Source: the human T2T-CHM13v2.0 reference genome, Homo sapiens
Length of the DNA: 64,000 bases
NCBI RefSeq assembly: GCF_009914755.1
Contig: NC_060940.1
Reading direction: 5' to 3' (one strand)
In this document: positions 34,506 through 53,955 of the stretch, one piece after another
Layout: each line of letters begins with the position of its first letter
How positions within the stretch are numbered: the first letter of the stretch is position 1
Made by a program: the position numbers and the translations under genes
Notes under the pieces: model-generated
Database searches by the model: none
The model's input: only the letters and a program-made list of their open reading frames with translations
What the model was told of the DNA's origin: nothing

Positions 34506-35537
34506 GTATGGTATGATTTGGTGGCTCCACCTGCTTTGGAAGGAACATCTAACAACACAGGCACATTTGCTGTTCCTATGGGACGGACGTCCTAGTGGGA
34601 GAGAGAGTAAGAAGTAAATAGAGCCACACTACACTTTGTAATGAATACCATGAAGGAAATGAATGGAGTGCTGTGTCACAAACAAAAAGGCGACCCTTTC
34701 AGTCTGAGGAGGTGACACATATACTGAGACCTGGATGATGAGAAAGAACTAGCTATGCTTTCAAAGAGCTAGGAAAGAATGTTCTCAGAAGAGAGCAAGT
34801 GCAAAAGTTCCAAGGTGGGGACAGGCTGGGTGCATCCTAGGAACCATCAGAAGGTGTTGGGGCAAAATGTCACTAGCAGAAGGAGGTATAGGACGTGATG
34901 TTGCAGAGATAAGCAGGGCCCAAGGATGCAAACCTTATAAGCTACAATGAGGAGTTTGGGTTTCACTCACAGTGCAGCGGGGAGCCATTGAACCTTTTTA
35001 AGCAGATTAGTGACACGATCGGATTTGCCTTTTGGAAAAGATCACTCTGACAGCCAAGAATGGAAACGGTTCCTTTCAAACAGTTGCACAGTGGAAGGAT
35101 GACCCTGGGACTCATACAGTGTTTCTGGACGCTTTTATAGATACTGCGAGATGCTGTTTTACTGAAGTTGAGATTGTGTTATAAGTATTTCTGACTCATT
35201 TAGTGTTGTTTTGGGGTTTTTAGTCTCTTTGCGTGCCACAAAGATGTCTAGCATAAATCTCATACCATGAACTCAGGTGTGCAAAAAATATAAATTTCTT
35301 TTCCATCTATGTAACGTAAGCCAAAAACCTGGGAGTTATCCCTGAGCTTCCCTCTTTCCTGTATTCCCACTGTTCCTGGCCACCGCCCCCCACAGCCATG
35401 TACGATGCATTGGCGAATTCTGACAGTTCCTTCAAAGTATATCATGGATTCACTAACTTCTCTTCATCTCTCTAATACCACCCAAATCTAATCATTAATA
35501 TCACCTGGATAACTGCAGAAACTCCTCAGTGGTTTCT

Positions 35538-35695
35538 CAATCCCAATCTTGTTACCTATAATTAATCCCAATCCCAATCTTTTTTACCTATAATTAATCG
35601 TTACCTATAATTAATTGCAATCCCAATCTTGTTACCTATAATTAATCGTTACCTATAATTAATTGCAATCCCAATCTTGTTACCTATAATTAATT
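35538..35695. repeat. AT-rich minisatellite with six copies of ttacctataattaat (17-mer and 31-mer units)
   Basis: Direct reading; 48-bp higher-order unit; embedded in an L2-like fragment. Confidence 0.95.
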
Positions 35696-36917
35696 TACTT
35701 TCTACTTCGTAGCCGTAATAATTTTTTAAAGCTTACATTAGGTCAAGGGGCTCCCCTGCTTAAGACCCTCCAATGACTTTCCATCCAATTAGAAGCAATT
35801 CTATGTTACATCCTTAGCTTGTATCACCCTTTATCATCTGGCCCTTGTTCTCTGTGTGACTTCCTTTCTTCTTTCTCCTCCCCATCACCCACTGTGCTCT
35901 GGCCACAACATCAGCTCTTGGGTCACTGAAACACACAAAGCTCCTTCCTCCCTTAGAGGCTTTGTGATTCAGCTCCTTTTGCTGTTTGCAAGGCCGGCTG
36001 CTTCCTGCAATTCACATCTCAACTTAGACGCCACTTCTTCTGAAAAATCTTCCCCAACTACCCACTGAAAAGTTGCCGCTCATTCACTGTCCATTATGTT
36101 TAACTCTCTCATGGCACCCATCACTGAGCAATGCTTTTCTTGTGTCCTTGTTGATTTTTTCTCTCTTCCCTTTCTAAGGTCTAAGCTCCACAAGAGTAGG
36201 GATCTTCTCCGTCGTGGTCGCCACTGTGATTTCAGAGCCTAGGGATGGAATTCATTCAGTGCCCAGATTGAATGCGTGGATTCTCTCTGTCTGTGGGTGG
36301 CAAGGGCATCCACTGAGATGGACTAAGGGATCTGAAATGATGGCTCAAAGTCTGAAGAGCTTCAGCATGGGATGGGAATAGAGAGTAAGGGCAGCCAGTA
36401 AGATGGCCCATCCAGTCCCTAAGGTTGGGAATAGGCAGTTGGCAGTGGTCCACAACGTTGTATGGTTTTTACCAGCAGCTCTGAGTATCCCTGGGGTGGA
36501 GATGGAGAAGGAGATGGTGGATTTGAACTAAGCGTGGGATTAGTAGAATCAGTGAACTAGAAGATTATGGAAGAAAGAGAGTTAAGGATTCTGGGAAGAG
36601 AGATGTCCACTGCAGATCCACAGAGCCTGTACCAAGTGCTCAAGAAAAGCATGTTGAATACATGAATGAAAATGGTATCTAGATTGGGTTGGGGAAGATG
36701 TCTAGCATAAAGAGGGTCATCACCTGGGTGGGAAAAAGGGAGTTTAGAAGTCTAAGGATGAAAAAAAAATAGATGAGGTCAAGATACGTAAAATGTTAGG
36801 AAGAATTGAGGCATTGAGATTTCAAACATGGAGCAGTTTCTCTGATGATGAGGAAGAAAGTGGCCTAAATAAAGAAGAGGTTCTAATAAGCTGAGTTTTT
36901 ACAAATTAAATGAGCAC

Positions 36918-37830
<913 letters not shown>

Positions 37831-38616
37831 TGATATTCTTAATAAGCAATGCATTCACATGATTCATCATTAAGATTATATTAAAAGGATAAACACTGAG
37901 AAGTCCTGCTCCTACCCAAGTTCACGTCTTTCTCTGACCACTTACTGCTACTGCTTTCCCTATGTGAACACTTTTATTCAGTTAATTTGCGTCTTTCCAG
38001 TCCCCCTGAGCTAATTTAACATTTTTTATTCTTGTCCTTATTAACTCAAAAGTTCATGTACTACGCCTGTTTTTGATCACTTAACAAAACAGACGAGAGG
38101 ATGTTTGATGGAGGATTGGAAGTTCTGGAGAGTCCCATGGAAAGGATTGGGGTTGGGGGGTAGTGGGTGGAGTCGTAGGAGAATGAATCACTGGGGAGCA
38201 ATGAGAGAATAGATCATATGTCTCCATGGAAACTGTTATAATAATTGAGAACTCTGTTCCAGACTGGAGATATAGCATCAGATAAATCATAGATGAAAAC
38301 AACAGTAAGTCATGAAAGCAAAGTAGAATAACAAACACCTCTATGATCCTTTAAAACAGAGTAATCCTTTGCAACTCTAGTGTTGCCAACTAGGGTTGTA
38401 AATTAATGCAGGTTTTATATTTGAATTCCAACTTTGAACATTTTGCAGTCTGGTTAGGTATATAGATCAATCTCCATAAACAGAAGAACACAGCTGCAGT
38501 GATTTGCTCTTCCCCTTCGAAAGATGAAAGTGATGGGGCTTTGGGGTAATCTGTTTCCACCTCCCTTAACCCAGGAAAACAAAACAAAACAAAACAAAAC
38601 ATGTTTTTAAACCCTA

Positions 38617-38943
<327 letters not shown>

Positions 38944-40045
38944 CTAGGGAATGGCACAAGCCTTTTGGTAAGCCCTGTAAAAATGAAACAAGGCAGGAAG
39001 CAATGGTGAAGGACATTGAATTTCAAATGTGTAAGCCCGTTTCAAAATCTTTCAAAAGAAGAAAACTGTGGAGAGTTTGTTTTTTTAAACAGGCAGAAGT
39101 GTTTACCTGGAAGGGCTATCTTACCAAAGCAGGGCCTGTTGGCATGGCTGGCTTACTCGGAGGTAGATGCCTTCTAGGACTTTTAATACAGAGCATTCAA
39201 ACGTGTCATTCACGTTTAAAAATTATTTTATTTCTCAACTTTTATTTTAGATACAGAGGGTACATGCGCAGGTTTGTCACATGGGTATATTGTACCCAGG
39301 TAGTGAGCATAGTACCCAATAGGTGGTTTTTCATTTAGTGCTTAATGGTGCTTAGAATTTTATCCTTAACTGTCTGTTTTTATAATGCCTTGAAACTTTG
39401 AGTTTTGCCAACGTCTTTCAAGAATTGAACTTTGAATGATTGCTGGAGTCAAAATTATGCTGCATATATATAAATTGGGCAGATTTGTACCGTCCGGATT
39501 GATGATACAAGCTTACCTTATAAAGTAAATACAGCAAATACTTGATCAAGTATATACACAGCACAAGGATAACTCTTTATATTATAAACGTGATTCCTCT
39601 AACCCTAATGTGCTGCCATAATAAACATGCATTAAATATTTAATGAATGCTAATACTGTGTGTCTTCTGAGATTTCATATGTGCTCATGGTAATGATTTG
39701 TATGATCCACGTCTTTAAAAAATAGTATGCAGGAAAGTTTGAATGGAGGCTTTCTTGTTCTCTTATACCCCTGACTCTTGCCTATGGATGGAACTGAGCT
39801 AATGTACGTGAGTTGAGATGGGATCAGGGGGTTAGAAAGGAGCTGGGGGAGGCAGCTGGTGTGCTATAGTGGACATAGATCTATAACCATAAAGAAGCTG
39901 AAAGAAGCTTCAGCACAGAAGATCTATGTAAAAATGGTATTTACTGGAAAACAGAAATAGCCCAAATGGTATATTCATAATAAATACAAAAAAAAACGAA
40001 GTGACTCTCTCCTCTCTCTTTCTGTCCCTCTCTCATGCACGTGCA

Positions 40046-40260
40046 TCTATCTATCTATCTATCTATCTATCCATCTGTCTATCTAATCTATCATCTATCT
40101 ACCTATCATCTTTCTGTTATCTATCTACCCATCATCTATCTATCATCTATCATCTATATCTATCATCTGTTTATCATCTATCATCTATTTACCTATTATC
40201 TGTCTATCTTATTATCTATCATCTGTCTACGTATCATCAATCAATCAATCATCTATCTGT
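40046..40260. repeat. Degenerate (TCTA)n microsatellite
   Basis: Direct reading. Confidence 0.95.
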
Positions 40261-41045
40261 CGTCATAGAAAGATTTTCATAACATATCAAATAAAAATAA
40301 AAGCAAATTATGGAACATTATGATTGGCAATATAAAATGTGTATAGACCAATTCCTTTTATGTAATATACTCATGGTCCCTGCTTTCATTAAACTTTTTC
40401 TTCAACATTTCATTATGAAAATTTAAAAAATGGAAAAGTTGAAATGATTGCATAATGAACATCTATAACACCCACCACCTGGATTCCACAAGTAACATTT
40501 GACTGTATTTGCTTTATCATGTATCCATCTGTCTATCCGTCCATCAACGCTTTTTTAATGCATTTCAAAGCAAGTTGCAGACATCCATACACTTTACATT
40601 TGCAGATAACTGCAAATGCACTTTACATTCAGCATGTATACCATTTAACCAGAATTCAATATTTGCAATGATTATTTTAAAGGTAAAATTACACACACTG
40701 AAATGCAGCTATCTTAAGTATATCATTCTATGAGTTTTGAAAAACGCATAGTTTTTAAAATGCAGTGGAGGTATACACATTCATTTAAAAAATCACACAG
40801 GCATGAAAGCAACTGTGATGTTTAGTATGTTCCATGGGCACCTGCGGGAGTGGGATTTGCCCTGGTTGAAGCCAGAGAAGTCTTCTGTGAGAAAGTGGCT
40901 CGAGCTATAGCTAAAGGACGAGTTAAGTTAACTATGCAAAGAGGGGAAATAGTAAATGAAAATCTCAGAATGTCTCTTTGTTCCTGGCCCCCACCCCCAA
41001 AATAGGCTTGGTTAATCTGTGTGGCTGACAGGGCACCTAAACTTT

Positions 41046-41420
41046 TATTAGGGTAGATTCATCTGCTGTAACAAATAGACCCCCAAATATATACTGGCTC
41101 AGACACAATAGAAGTTTAAAATTTTCATTAAACTTCTAAGTTTAAGACGTTTAAGACAGGCGCGCCTGGCCACACCCACTCTCTCCATATGGTGATTGGG
41201 GACAAGGTGTCTTTCGTCCTGTATGGCTCCATTAATCCCTAGAGCTTTGTTTTTCTCTGCAGTCAGAGGGTGGAGGAGGCACAAGCTGCTTCTTAAAAGT
41301 CTCAGCTTGGGAAGTGGCACCAATCATTTCTGCCTACTCTCTATTAGAGAAAATATAGCCACGTGGCCACACTTCAGTGCAAAGGAGGCCGGGAGAACAA
41401 TTTGGGTGGATGACACGTCG
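41046..41420 (-). mobile_element. MaLR LTR (MLT1J-like) remnant
   Basis: ctgctgtaacaaatagacccc...ggctcagacacaatagaagttt...gccacacttcagtgcaaaggaggccggg. Confidence 0.6.
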
Positions 41421-42209
41421 TCTCAGCCACATTCCCTACTTTTCAGTCCTGGCTGCAATTTTTCACGGTGACACACAAAAGACCTTCTGACTTTTCCCTT
41501 TAGAGCTCTTGATGTATCACACTCCACACACAAAAAACTTCAAGTGCCTCTTTTCTGTGACATTTCTTTGTGTTCAAATCATGGAGCACGCCAGGTGTTA
41601 GTGGTGACTTTCTTGAAGCTAGCACGAGCCAGGAATAAGTCAAGTAGGAAGAAGTCAGCAGCTTATGAAATTAAAAAGAAAAAGTGAAGTTACTATAGAA
41701 ACTAGGTGCCCAGGTATCACATTTTTTCTCTTTTAAAAATCCCATCCAGCTCTGTTGCTGTCTATGAATCTAAGATGATCTAAAATCAGAAGCAGAGAGG
41801 TGAGAGACAGAACCATTAAGCTTCCCCATCTAGTGCTTGACTTCCCTAAAATAATCCCAGGACACTGAACCAATGACATTAAATGCCTGGGTGTATCACT
41901 AAGGAGGCTGTGGAGGGTCTGGTGGTGGCCCCTTCCACTAGGGTACCCCTAGAAACTTGGCATTTGTGTGACACTCTCCAAGATGCTGGCATCAACTTTT
42001 GTAGCTCAAAATTCAGACCGTACAACAGAGTTGACTATAGTCTTGGCCAAGTTTTCCAAATATTAGTCATTTATGCACCTGTTATGGGTTTTTCCTTGCC
42101 ATTACATGCCTCCTTTATTCGATCATATTTTTCTTTAAAGTGACTTTAACTTGACTTCCTTTTCTTCTTCTTAACATTGCCCTAAGCAATAATATATGTG
42201 AAATCACAA

Positions 42210-42287
42210 GTTTGATGTACCAGTTATACATTTATTTTAATGTGTTTGGTTTGATATACCAGTTATATATTTATTTTAATGTGTTTT
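42210..42287. repeat. 39-bp tandem duplication
   Basis: gtttgat(g/a)taccagttata(c/t)atttattttaatgtgttt occurs twice. Confidence 0.93.
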
Positions 42288-43295
42288 AGGAAAATATATT
42301 AAAAGAAGAGTAATTTTGTTCTTGTACTAGTACCTGAACCACATTTGGTGAAAAACTGTCATAAAATCTTACACTTACACAATGTAAGATTGAGGTGATT
42401 TGGCAGCTCGATTACCATGGTATTTCTAAGAATGTAAAGTCTTTTGTTACAATTCGTGTGCGTACCTGGAAGTTACAAAAAGTCTCTGTTCATCCCCCTC
42501 CTCCATATCCTTTCCTTCAAATAAGGAATATGCGCAACACTGCCTGTATCCTTAAAAATCTTTCGTGTGATCTTGACCTCCCTCTACCCTCCTTTACTCA
42601 CTAAATATATCCAGACAGCAAAGCTACTCTTTGGAGATTTTCTACCTTCATTTCCTCCCCACCCACTCCTTCCTTATCCTTTTGTATTATGTCTCCTCCC
42701 CTTAGCAACTTTCAGAAACATCTGTCTCCCAGGTTATCAGCAGTCTTGTAACTCATATCTCTCCAGATCTGAGCATGAGGCATCCTGGCTTGCTCAGGGG
42801 AGTAGGGCAGGCATGAGGGGAAGGGAACTGGAAATAAGATTGGAATCCATACATTATTCTGGGCAGAAGTCATCACCTTTACAGTAACTTCCCACTGAAA
42901 GGCATAACTAAGGATTCATTCATTCAAGAAGTATTTATTGAGCATCTACTATATGCCAGGTACCCTTGTAGGTACAGAGGCAATGTCTATGAACAAAACA
43001 AACAAATATATCTGCCTGCCCTCATGAAACTTATATTCTAGTGGTAGTGATGGTGACGACGAAGATGATGATAACACCTAACATTTTTTGGGTCCTTACT
43101 ATGTGCCAGGCTCTGTTATAAGTGCTTAGTATGTATTCATTAGCTCACACTTACTCTATGATGCAGCTACTGTTGTCCCCATTTTACAGATGAGGAGAGT
43201 GAGATGCAGAAAGTTGGAATAACTTGCTGAAGTCACACAGCTAGTAAATGGCATTAAACAGATCAGCTTTGATTTAGATGTGTATGATTTGGGGC

Positions 43296-43750
43296 TTTTT
43301 TTTTTTTTTTTTTTTTCTTCTAGAGACAGGGTCTCACTCTGTCACCCAGGCTGGAGGGCAGTGGTGCAATCATAGCTCACTGCAGCCACGAACTCCTTGG
43401 CTCAAGTGATCTGCCTGCCTCAGCCTCCCAAAGTGCTGGCATTACAGGCATGAGCCACTGTGACCAGCTGATTTTGGGATCTTGATTGCTTGAAACTTAA
43501 CATGTAATTTCCTAGTTTTAACAGCGATTCCGTGGAATGTCACAAACATATTCTAGGAGGTTAGTCATTTTTCCCTCTTATTTTCTCATCTTTCCCTCTA
43601 AGTGCTAAGCAGAGTTTATGGCCAGGTGCAGTGGCTCACACCTTTAATCTCAGTGCTTTGGGAGGCCAAGGCAGGAGGATCACTTGAACCCAGGAGATGG
43701 AGCAACAAAGGGAGACCCCATCTCTATAAAAGCAAAAAACAAAAAAAAAT
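43296..43750. mobile_element. Two Alu monomers: 43296-43470 (-) and 43621-43750 (+)
   Basis: Single-arm Alu sequences; the first joins a right-arm 3' end to a left-arm 5' end. Confidence 0.8.
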
Positions 43751-44422
43751 TGCATGCCTTATTTTCAGTGTAAGTTGCTGCCATTAGACAAACCACATAC
43801 TCCTAGTGATGGAGGGCTCTGGGTTTTCTGTTCATCCTCATCACTCTGTGCTTATTGGCTACCTGTCCATGTGTAAATAACACATGTGCCCTGTGCTCAT
43901 TGGAACCGTGAGTCATCCGCAGGGATTCCTAAGAGGGCCCATGAGAATGGCTTTCACTCCTCCAGCCTCTGCCCTTCTGACCTCCTCCACAGGCTTCAGC
44001 CTTATGGGAGTCCCCAAGTCTTGGAAGCATCTCTAGTGAGTGCAGTGACTCCTTAGCTGGTTCCTTTTCAACCTTCAACCTCCATTTTCTTAACCCTTAC
44101 CAACTCTACTGCCCAGCTGCACCCACTCCAATTCCACTCACACCCTGCCCATTATCGCCAACGTTTCTGAGCTCATGCTCATTGACAAGGACCATGCCAT
44201 GGATTTGCATGCATTATATCATATTAATTCACACCATAATCCTGCAAGGTAGTCACTGATAATCACTCTATTATATCATATAGAAATTGTAAGGCAGAGA
44301 GGTTAAGTGACTTCTCCAAGAAGGAGGCGGGACCTTGAAAGCTGGTTTTGTGATTTCAGTTGCCTCTTGCCATCTCTTCTCCACTTTGGGGTCCACACAT
44401 CTTCCCAAACCCCTAGTTTAAA

Positions 44423-46136
<1,714 letters not shown>

Positions 46137-47366
46137 TCACAGCATCATCTGCTGGAGCCAAGCCCGGCACCAGATTTTAACAGGAAGAAATTGCCTGAGG
46201 AGATTAAAAGGCAGCTTAGTTCATGCCAGGAACAAAGGCCTTCTCTAAAGTCTGAGCTTCTGTTGTGGGAGTCTCTACTAATTTTAATCTCATTAGTGGT
46301 ATGTATTCACACACAGACATATACATACATACATTAGATGTGGTTATATAATCCTACAGACAAAAGCACTTCCCTGTACTTCAGCCTGCTTTGCTATCTT
46401 CCTGCACCATATGGTGAGTTCCTTTATCATATGGTTCACAGATAGCTCAAAGTGTTTGCTACCTGTTTCCTTAATCCTCTTCCAGAGAACCTTTTTGACA
46501 TTTGCTGTCTGATCTTGGATTCCTGCCTTCTCTTTGGTTCTATCGCAATTATGTCACTTCCCTGCCCCCACCAAGCCTTCAACCTTTCCTTCTTTCATAT
46601 GCAATTCTGATTGCAGCGTGTTTTTTTTTTTTTTTTTGCCAACTCATCTTCCCAGATCCTCGTGAGGCCCTTCTTCCACCTTCCCGAATTTTCCAGGTCT
46701 CTCCTCAATGAAGTGACTTACTGCTCTTCCGCAGCCTCTGCCTTCAATTCTCAGAAGGTAGTATGTTACAAGACAAGATAAGGTTCATTTTTCTCAAGAA
46801 AATAAATTATATCAAGGAAAATGAAATGTCAGGAATTTAAGTTTTACAACCTTCCATCTGCTGCAAGTAGATTGTCAAGCCAGAGTGAGTAAAGCGGGTA
46901 TTTGCTGAGAAGACATGGCTTGTTTCTGTGTATCTCAAGACACCCAGAGGCAAGAAGTGCCACCTGAATGAGAGAGCTTCCAGCAGTCTGATAACCATGG
47001 CTCCATCTGGGGGGTTGTAGGGGGGCCCCCAGCCTGTCATCCCTGCTTCTCGATGACATCTCTCTGCAGATACGCATCAGCACCACCTCTCTCAGCCTTG
47101 TTGATGCTTCTCAAGTCTCCATGTCTAATTCTCACATGTAGAATATCCTAGGAATCTAAAATCCCGGGAAAGAAAAACTGATGGGCCAGTGTGGACCAGG
47201 GATCCCTAGGATCCAATTCACTGTGACCGGGGAAGCGGTTACTTTTCCAACCATCCATCAGGAAAGATGACAAGAAAAGCAAATAGGATGTGGGCAGTTT
47301 TCCTATGAGAAAGAAGAAAACGACGGGCCTGTCTGGCACACAGGCCAAAGTGGGAGTTTCCTTTAA

Positions 47367-48064
<698 letters not shown>

Positions 48065-49109
48065 TAAATCAAGTCCTCTTGTAGAAGGACCAGATAGAGC
48101 CCATTAACATGGAAACTCTGTCTCAGGTGATCATTCATGGCTACTGGTCCAATTATTGTGCTATCATGGTACCTGCCATCCTCTGCATATCCATCTCAAC
48201 TTTATCTCTATGTATTATTTCAGAAATTTACAGTCCTGGTAAAATGAATCCCTGGTTACTAACAGCATAACCCATAATCTTTTCTATAATACAACAAACA
48301 TAATGGCAGAAATTTGTGGATTGTAATCATCCAACACCCATGATAAATATTTTGGATGTACAAATGTGGATGGTACCTATGATTATTCATGCCGTAGTTG
48401 TTTCAAACCCCCACCCCACCCCACAGTTTCACCTTATGTACTGACCTCATTGAACACCACTGCGGAGATTGATAACATTTTTGGAGCACTGGGAACTCAT
48501 CTGAGTGTTTTATAGGCATTGCTCATTTAATCTTCACCATGGGTCTTGTGAAGTGGGTGCTGTTATTATCTGCATTTTTAAATCTGTAGATAAAGAGACA
48601 GAGTCTCTATTTTGCAGATGAGGGAATAGAGGCTCAGAGAGGTGAGAAGCTTGCAGTCCTGAAGCGGTGGAGGCAGGTTCAAACCAGGGAGCCTGGCTGC
48701 AGAATGTGTTGCCACTCAGCTCCATAGTCCCCTTGCATCCAGTGCCCCCTACTCCTGCTGTGCTGAAACCCGTTCTCTATTAGCAGTGCTCTGTAACTCC
48801 AACAACAAAGGGGGGCAGTGCTTACAAGGCAGATCAGATTATAAACAAGCTTTCTTCCTGCCACCTAATTGTTGCCATGAATGACAGGACTTTAAGGGTT
48901 TCATTTCATTCTCTTTCAGTAGAAGCCATCAATTATTAGTTTATTTTCCCAGCAACCATTTAAAAAAGAGTCAAATTAAATCTGCTTTTATTTTAACTAT
49001 CCAGCTTTGTCAAATATAACATAGGATTCAAAGAAATTTGACTAAGCCATATATGTCACCAATGTTTATTTTATTTATGTATTTTTTTTTGGCATTTCTG
49101 TTCTTTTGT

Positions 49110-49745
<636 letters not shown>

Positions 49746-50884
49746 ATTTATTTCAGCTCAAAAGAACCGTTCAGTTACTGGAATTGATCAATATCAATTC
49801 TATTGGTAAAAATCAATTCTACTGGTATCAACAATTAGACGACACAGCCCAGAGTGTGAAAATAGTAGTTCTCTCGCATTTCTTGTTACAACCCAATTAG
49901 ACATTTCTTATTAGACCCAACCACACATCCTCATTTAAATACCAGGGCCAGGTATTTCAGGTTTCAATCTCCTTGTTCCACTCCTCCCCTTTCTAGCAGT
50001 CACTGTGAGTCATCCCTTCTAGGGGTGTAGTGACATTTGCTTAACAATAGCAAGTCCACAGAAACCAGAGATGACTGGGCTAAATGCACCTTCATTCTAA
50101 ACTTCGTTTCACACTTTCATGGCTTTCTCAGCTAGTGGGCAAAAATGCTACTTGATTAAATTACAGGTGTGGCATGGCCTCATTTTAAAAGGTTGAAATC
50201 TTAATGCAACCTGTCAATCTGACCTCTGAAATGAAAAATTAGCTTATCTATCACACAGATCCATGCTTTTATCATCTATAAAGAGATTTTTAAATACAGA
50301 AAACCTTACGTAATAAATCAAGAAATAGCCAAGTTGTATCATCCGAGTTGATCTATACGCCGGATATCACTGCTCTTCTTTTCATCTGGCCAACGTGAAG
50401 ACTGTATTCGAAAAGTGCTGCAGTCCTACCTACATCCACACTATTAATTCCCAAGCATCTTCTCCCCATTATATCACTTTCCAGTTTTTCCTGAGGTACG
50501 TCTTCACTTGGCAGAGTCTACCCAGTTGCCTTCTCCTAAACAGACTGTTAGAAGTCTGAAATCATTTTTAGACTGCTGGCTTCCTCTTTACTGCTAGAGG
50601 CAAGTGCATTTGATTCCTTCAAACCACATGACTTCGCATCAGACTGATGTGGCCACTGTCAAATGTAACATTTAAACATATGTTTGTGTGGACATATGTG
50701 TTTGGAACATTTCATCCGAAGTCTGACGCTTAAGAATACACTTTGGAAAATCAGAATTAGGGCCTTCAAGATAAACTAGAATGTGATAGGACATCTTCAT
50801 TTCTGGTCAAAGTTGGAAGTTTAGGAGAGCCTCAAAAGTGAAGAATTCGCCAACAACCATGGTGAATGCAGTGTACTGAGTTCT

Positions 50885-51574
50885 TGTAACCACCCGGTGG
50901 GATCTTCTTGCCTGCTCCCCAGATAGAGCCGATTTCTCAAGAGGGGAATTATAATAGGGAAAGAGCTTTACACACAAAGACTCAAATCAGCCTCCATGAA
51001 TATTTGGAGGCTAGAATTTTTCCAAGATAGTTTGGCAGGGAGAGGAGGTGGCTAGGGAATGGGTGCTGCTGATTGGTTGGAGATGCAGTCATAGGGGTGT
51101 GGAAAATGGTCCTTATGCTCTGTATCCACTTCTGGGTGGGGTCGCAGGACTGGCTTATGGGTTCACGTCGGGGCTGTCCAGTAGTCAGAAAGGGAAAAGA
51201 CTGAAAGACATCTCAAAAGGCCAATCTGCAGTTCTACAACAGTGATGTTATCTGTGGGAGTAATTGGGAAAGTTGCAAGTCTTGTGACTTCTGGAATAAT
51301 GGCTAGTAATCCTTTATGTCTACACCTTAGCCGAATTCAGGCTCCTTTCATCCTCCTAACTTGGCAGTCTTTCATTAGTTTTACAAAGGCAGTTTAGTTT
51401 GGGGGAAGGGCTGTTACCATGTAAACTATACACTAAATGTTTCCCAAATTTAGCTTGGCCCAAGTCCAGAAATGACTAAGGGCAGTTTGGAAGTCAAAAG
51501 CAAGATGAGGATTGGTTAGATCAGATCTCTTCCACTGTCATCATTTAGTTATAATTTTTGCAAAGGCGATTTCA
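50885..51574 (-). mobile_element. ERV1 solo LTR (LTR8-family), uninterrupted
   Basis: tgtaaccacc...gcaaaggcgatttca with perfect 4-bp TSD TTCT. Confidence 0.88.
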
Positions 51575-51677
51575 TTCTTTGCTATATGTTAAGCTGTTAA
51601 CATGCCTTATGTCATGAAATCATCATCATGGCCCTACTAACTCTTGTTAATGGACTCTTGTCTATATTTTACCCTGA

Positions 51678-52086
<409 letters not shown>

Positions 52087-53576
52087 TAAGCCCTTCAGTG
52101 CTTAATCCCTGGCCCAGGCAGAAGGAGGGCTTTGGCAAATCCGCATGCTAGAAAAGATGAGTTTGGAAGGGCCTGGAAACCAGGGTACATAGTTCCTTTT
52201 CCCTTGAGATTTTAGAAGTTGACAGACGGTTTGCTGGTTTTGTAGGGAAATCCTATCTGCCACAGAGCATGTGGATTACCCAGGGAGGATCCTGGAGGTC
52301 ACGTGCCCAGTACCACCTCTAAGCACAGACAGTATGACCTTGCCTTTCACTCTGGGCTTTGTGTAAGGATCTCCCAGGACATAGATTTCATAGCGACATT
52401 GGTCGATTGCTCTGATTCACTTTCTGCCTTTCTCTTTCTTGCATATGGAGAATGTGGGAAAGAATCCCCTATACACACCCACAGGAGTTAGAACATCCTT
52501 CTTATCCTCCATAATCGTGCCTTCAAATTAATAATTATGGCTTGCTGTGTGTTGGGCCCTGAGCTTAACCTGCATTATGTCACTTGATCTCACAACAACC
52601 TTCTGAGGGAGAAACTGTCATTATTCCCCTTTTATGGATTGGGGAACTGAGACTCAGAGAGGTTGAGTAACTCAGCCAAGAACACACAGCAAACCATATG
52701 ATAGAGTCAGGATTTGAGCTCATGATTCCAAAGTCTGAACTTGAACCTTCTATGACTATAATTCTAATTAGATATAAGCTTCCAGATCATCAGACTCTGT
52801 CGATGCCATAATCTCTTTCTTACATGGCAGAGATGGTCAGGATACCTGCCACGTGGTAAAGACGTGGATGCAGAAGTTAACCTCCATTTGATTAGCTTCG
52901 GTGCACCAAGCTGCACCCAGGTTTCTCTCGAAATCCTGCTCCTGAGTGGGTGAGTGCCCCGGGAAGAGCAGGTGGTTGGCGTTTGCTCAGTTTTCCAGCC
53001 CCTGATCACCCTGATGGCCTCTAGCCAGCTTTTCTCTCTGTCCTCCTCCAGTGAGGGCCAGGCCTGGCACAGGCAGCCTCCCAATGTTTAGAAGGTTCCG
53101 ATTTAATTGGTCTAGAGTGTGGCCCAAGCATCGGCTTCTAAAACCTCCACAGGGAGTTCTAATATGCAGCAGGGAGAAGCAGCAGCTCAGTGCAGCAGGC
53201 AAGGCTCGTCCACGGAAGGGCTGGGGGAAGGAAGGAGATCATATTTGCCTTAAAACTTGGAGTTGAGCTCATCTGACCTACCCTCTGCAGGTCTTCAGGG
53301 GGACTGGGAAGAATCCATGCAGGAGATAGCCCCAGAGATCAAGGGGATCCTCAAAGAGATGGGATCTTAAGATAGAGGGAGGGTACACTCCTTGCAACAG
53401 ATCAGCACCCTGACCCTGTACCCAGCCTCGTCCACAAACCTGCTCCCTAGTGCTGGGCATGGGATACAGAGCTAGGGGTCGTGTGGTCCCCCGGAGGCCT
53501 ACAGTATATACACATGAGCTGTAACTTGCTTGTCTGTCCCTCCCCAAGTTGACCTCAGTTTATCACACCTTACTGA

Positions 53577-53955
<379 letters not shown>

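Noticed and set aside
39490-39670. Possible C/D snoRNA (tgatga ... ctga)
   Set aside because: Imperfect C box, no terminal stem, spacing unconvincing.
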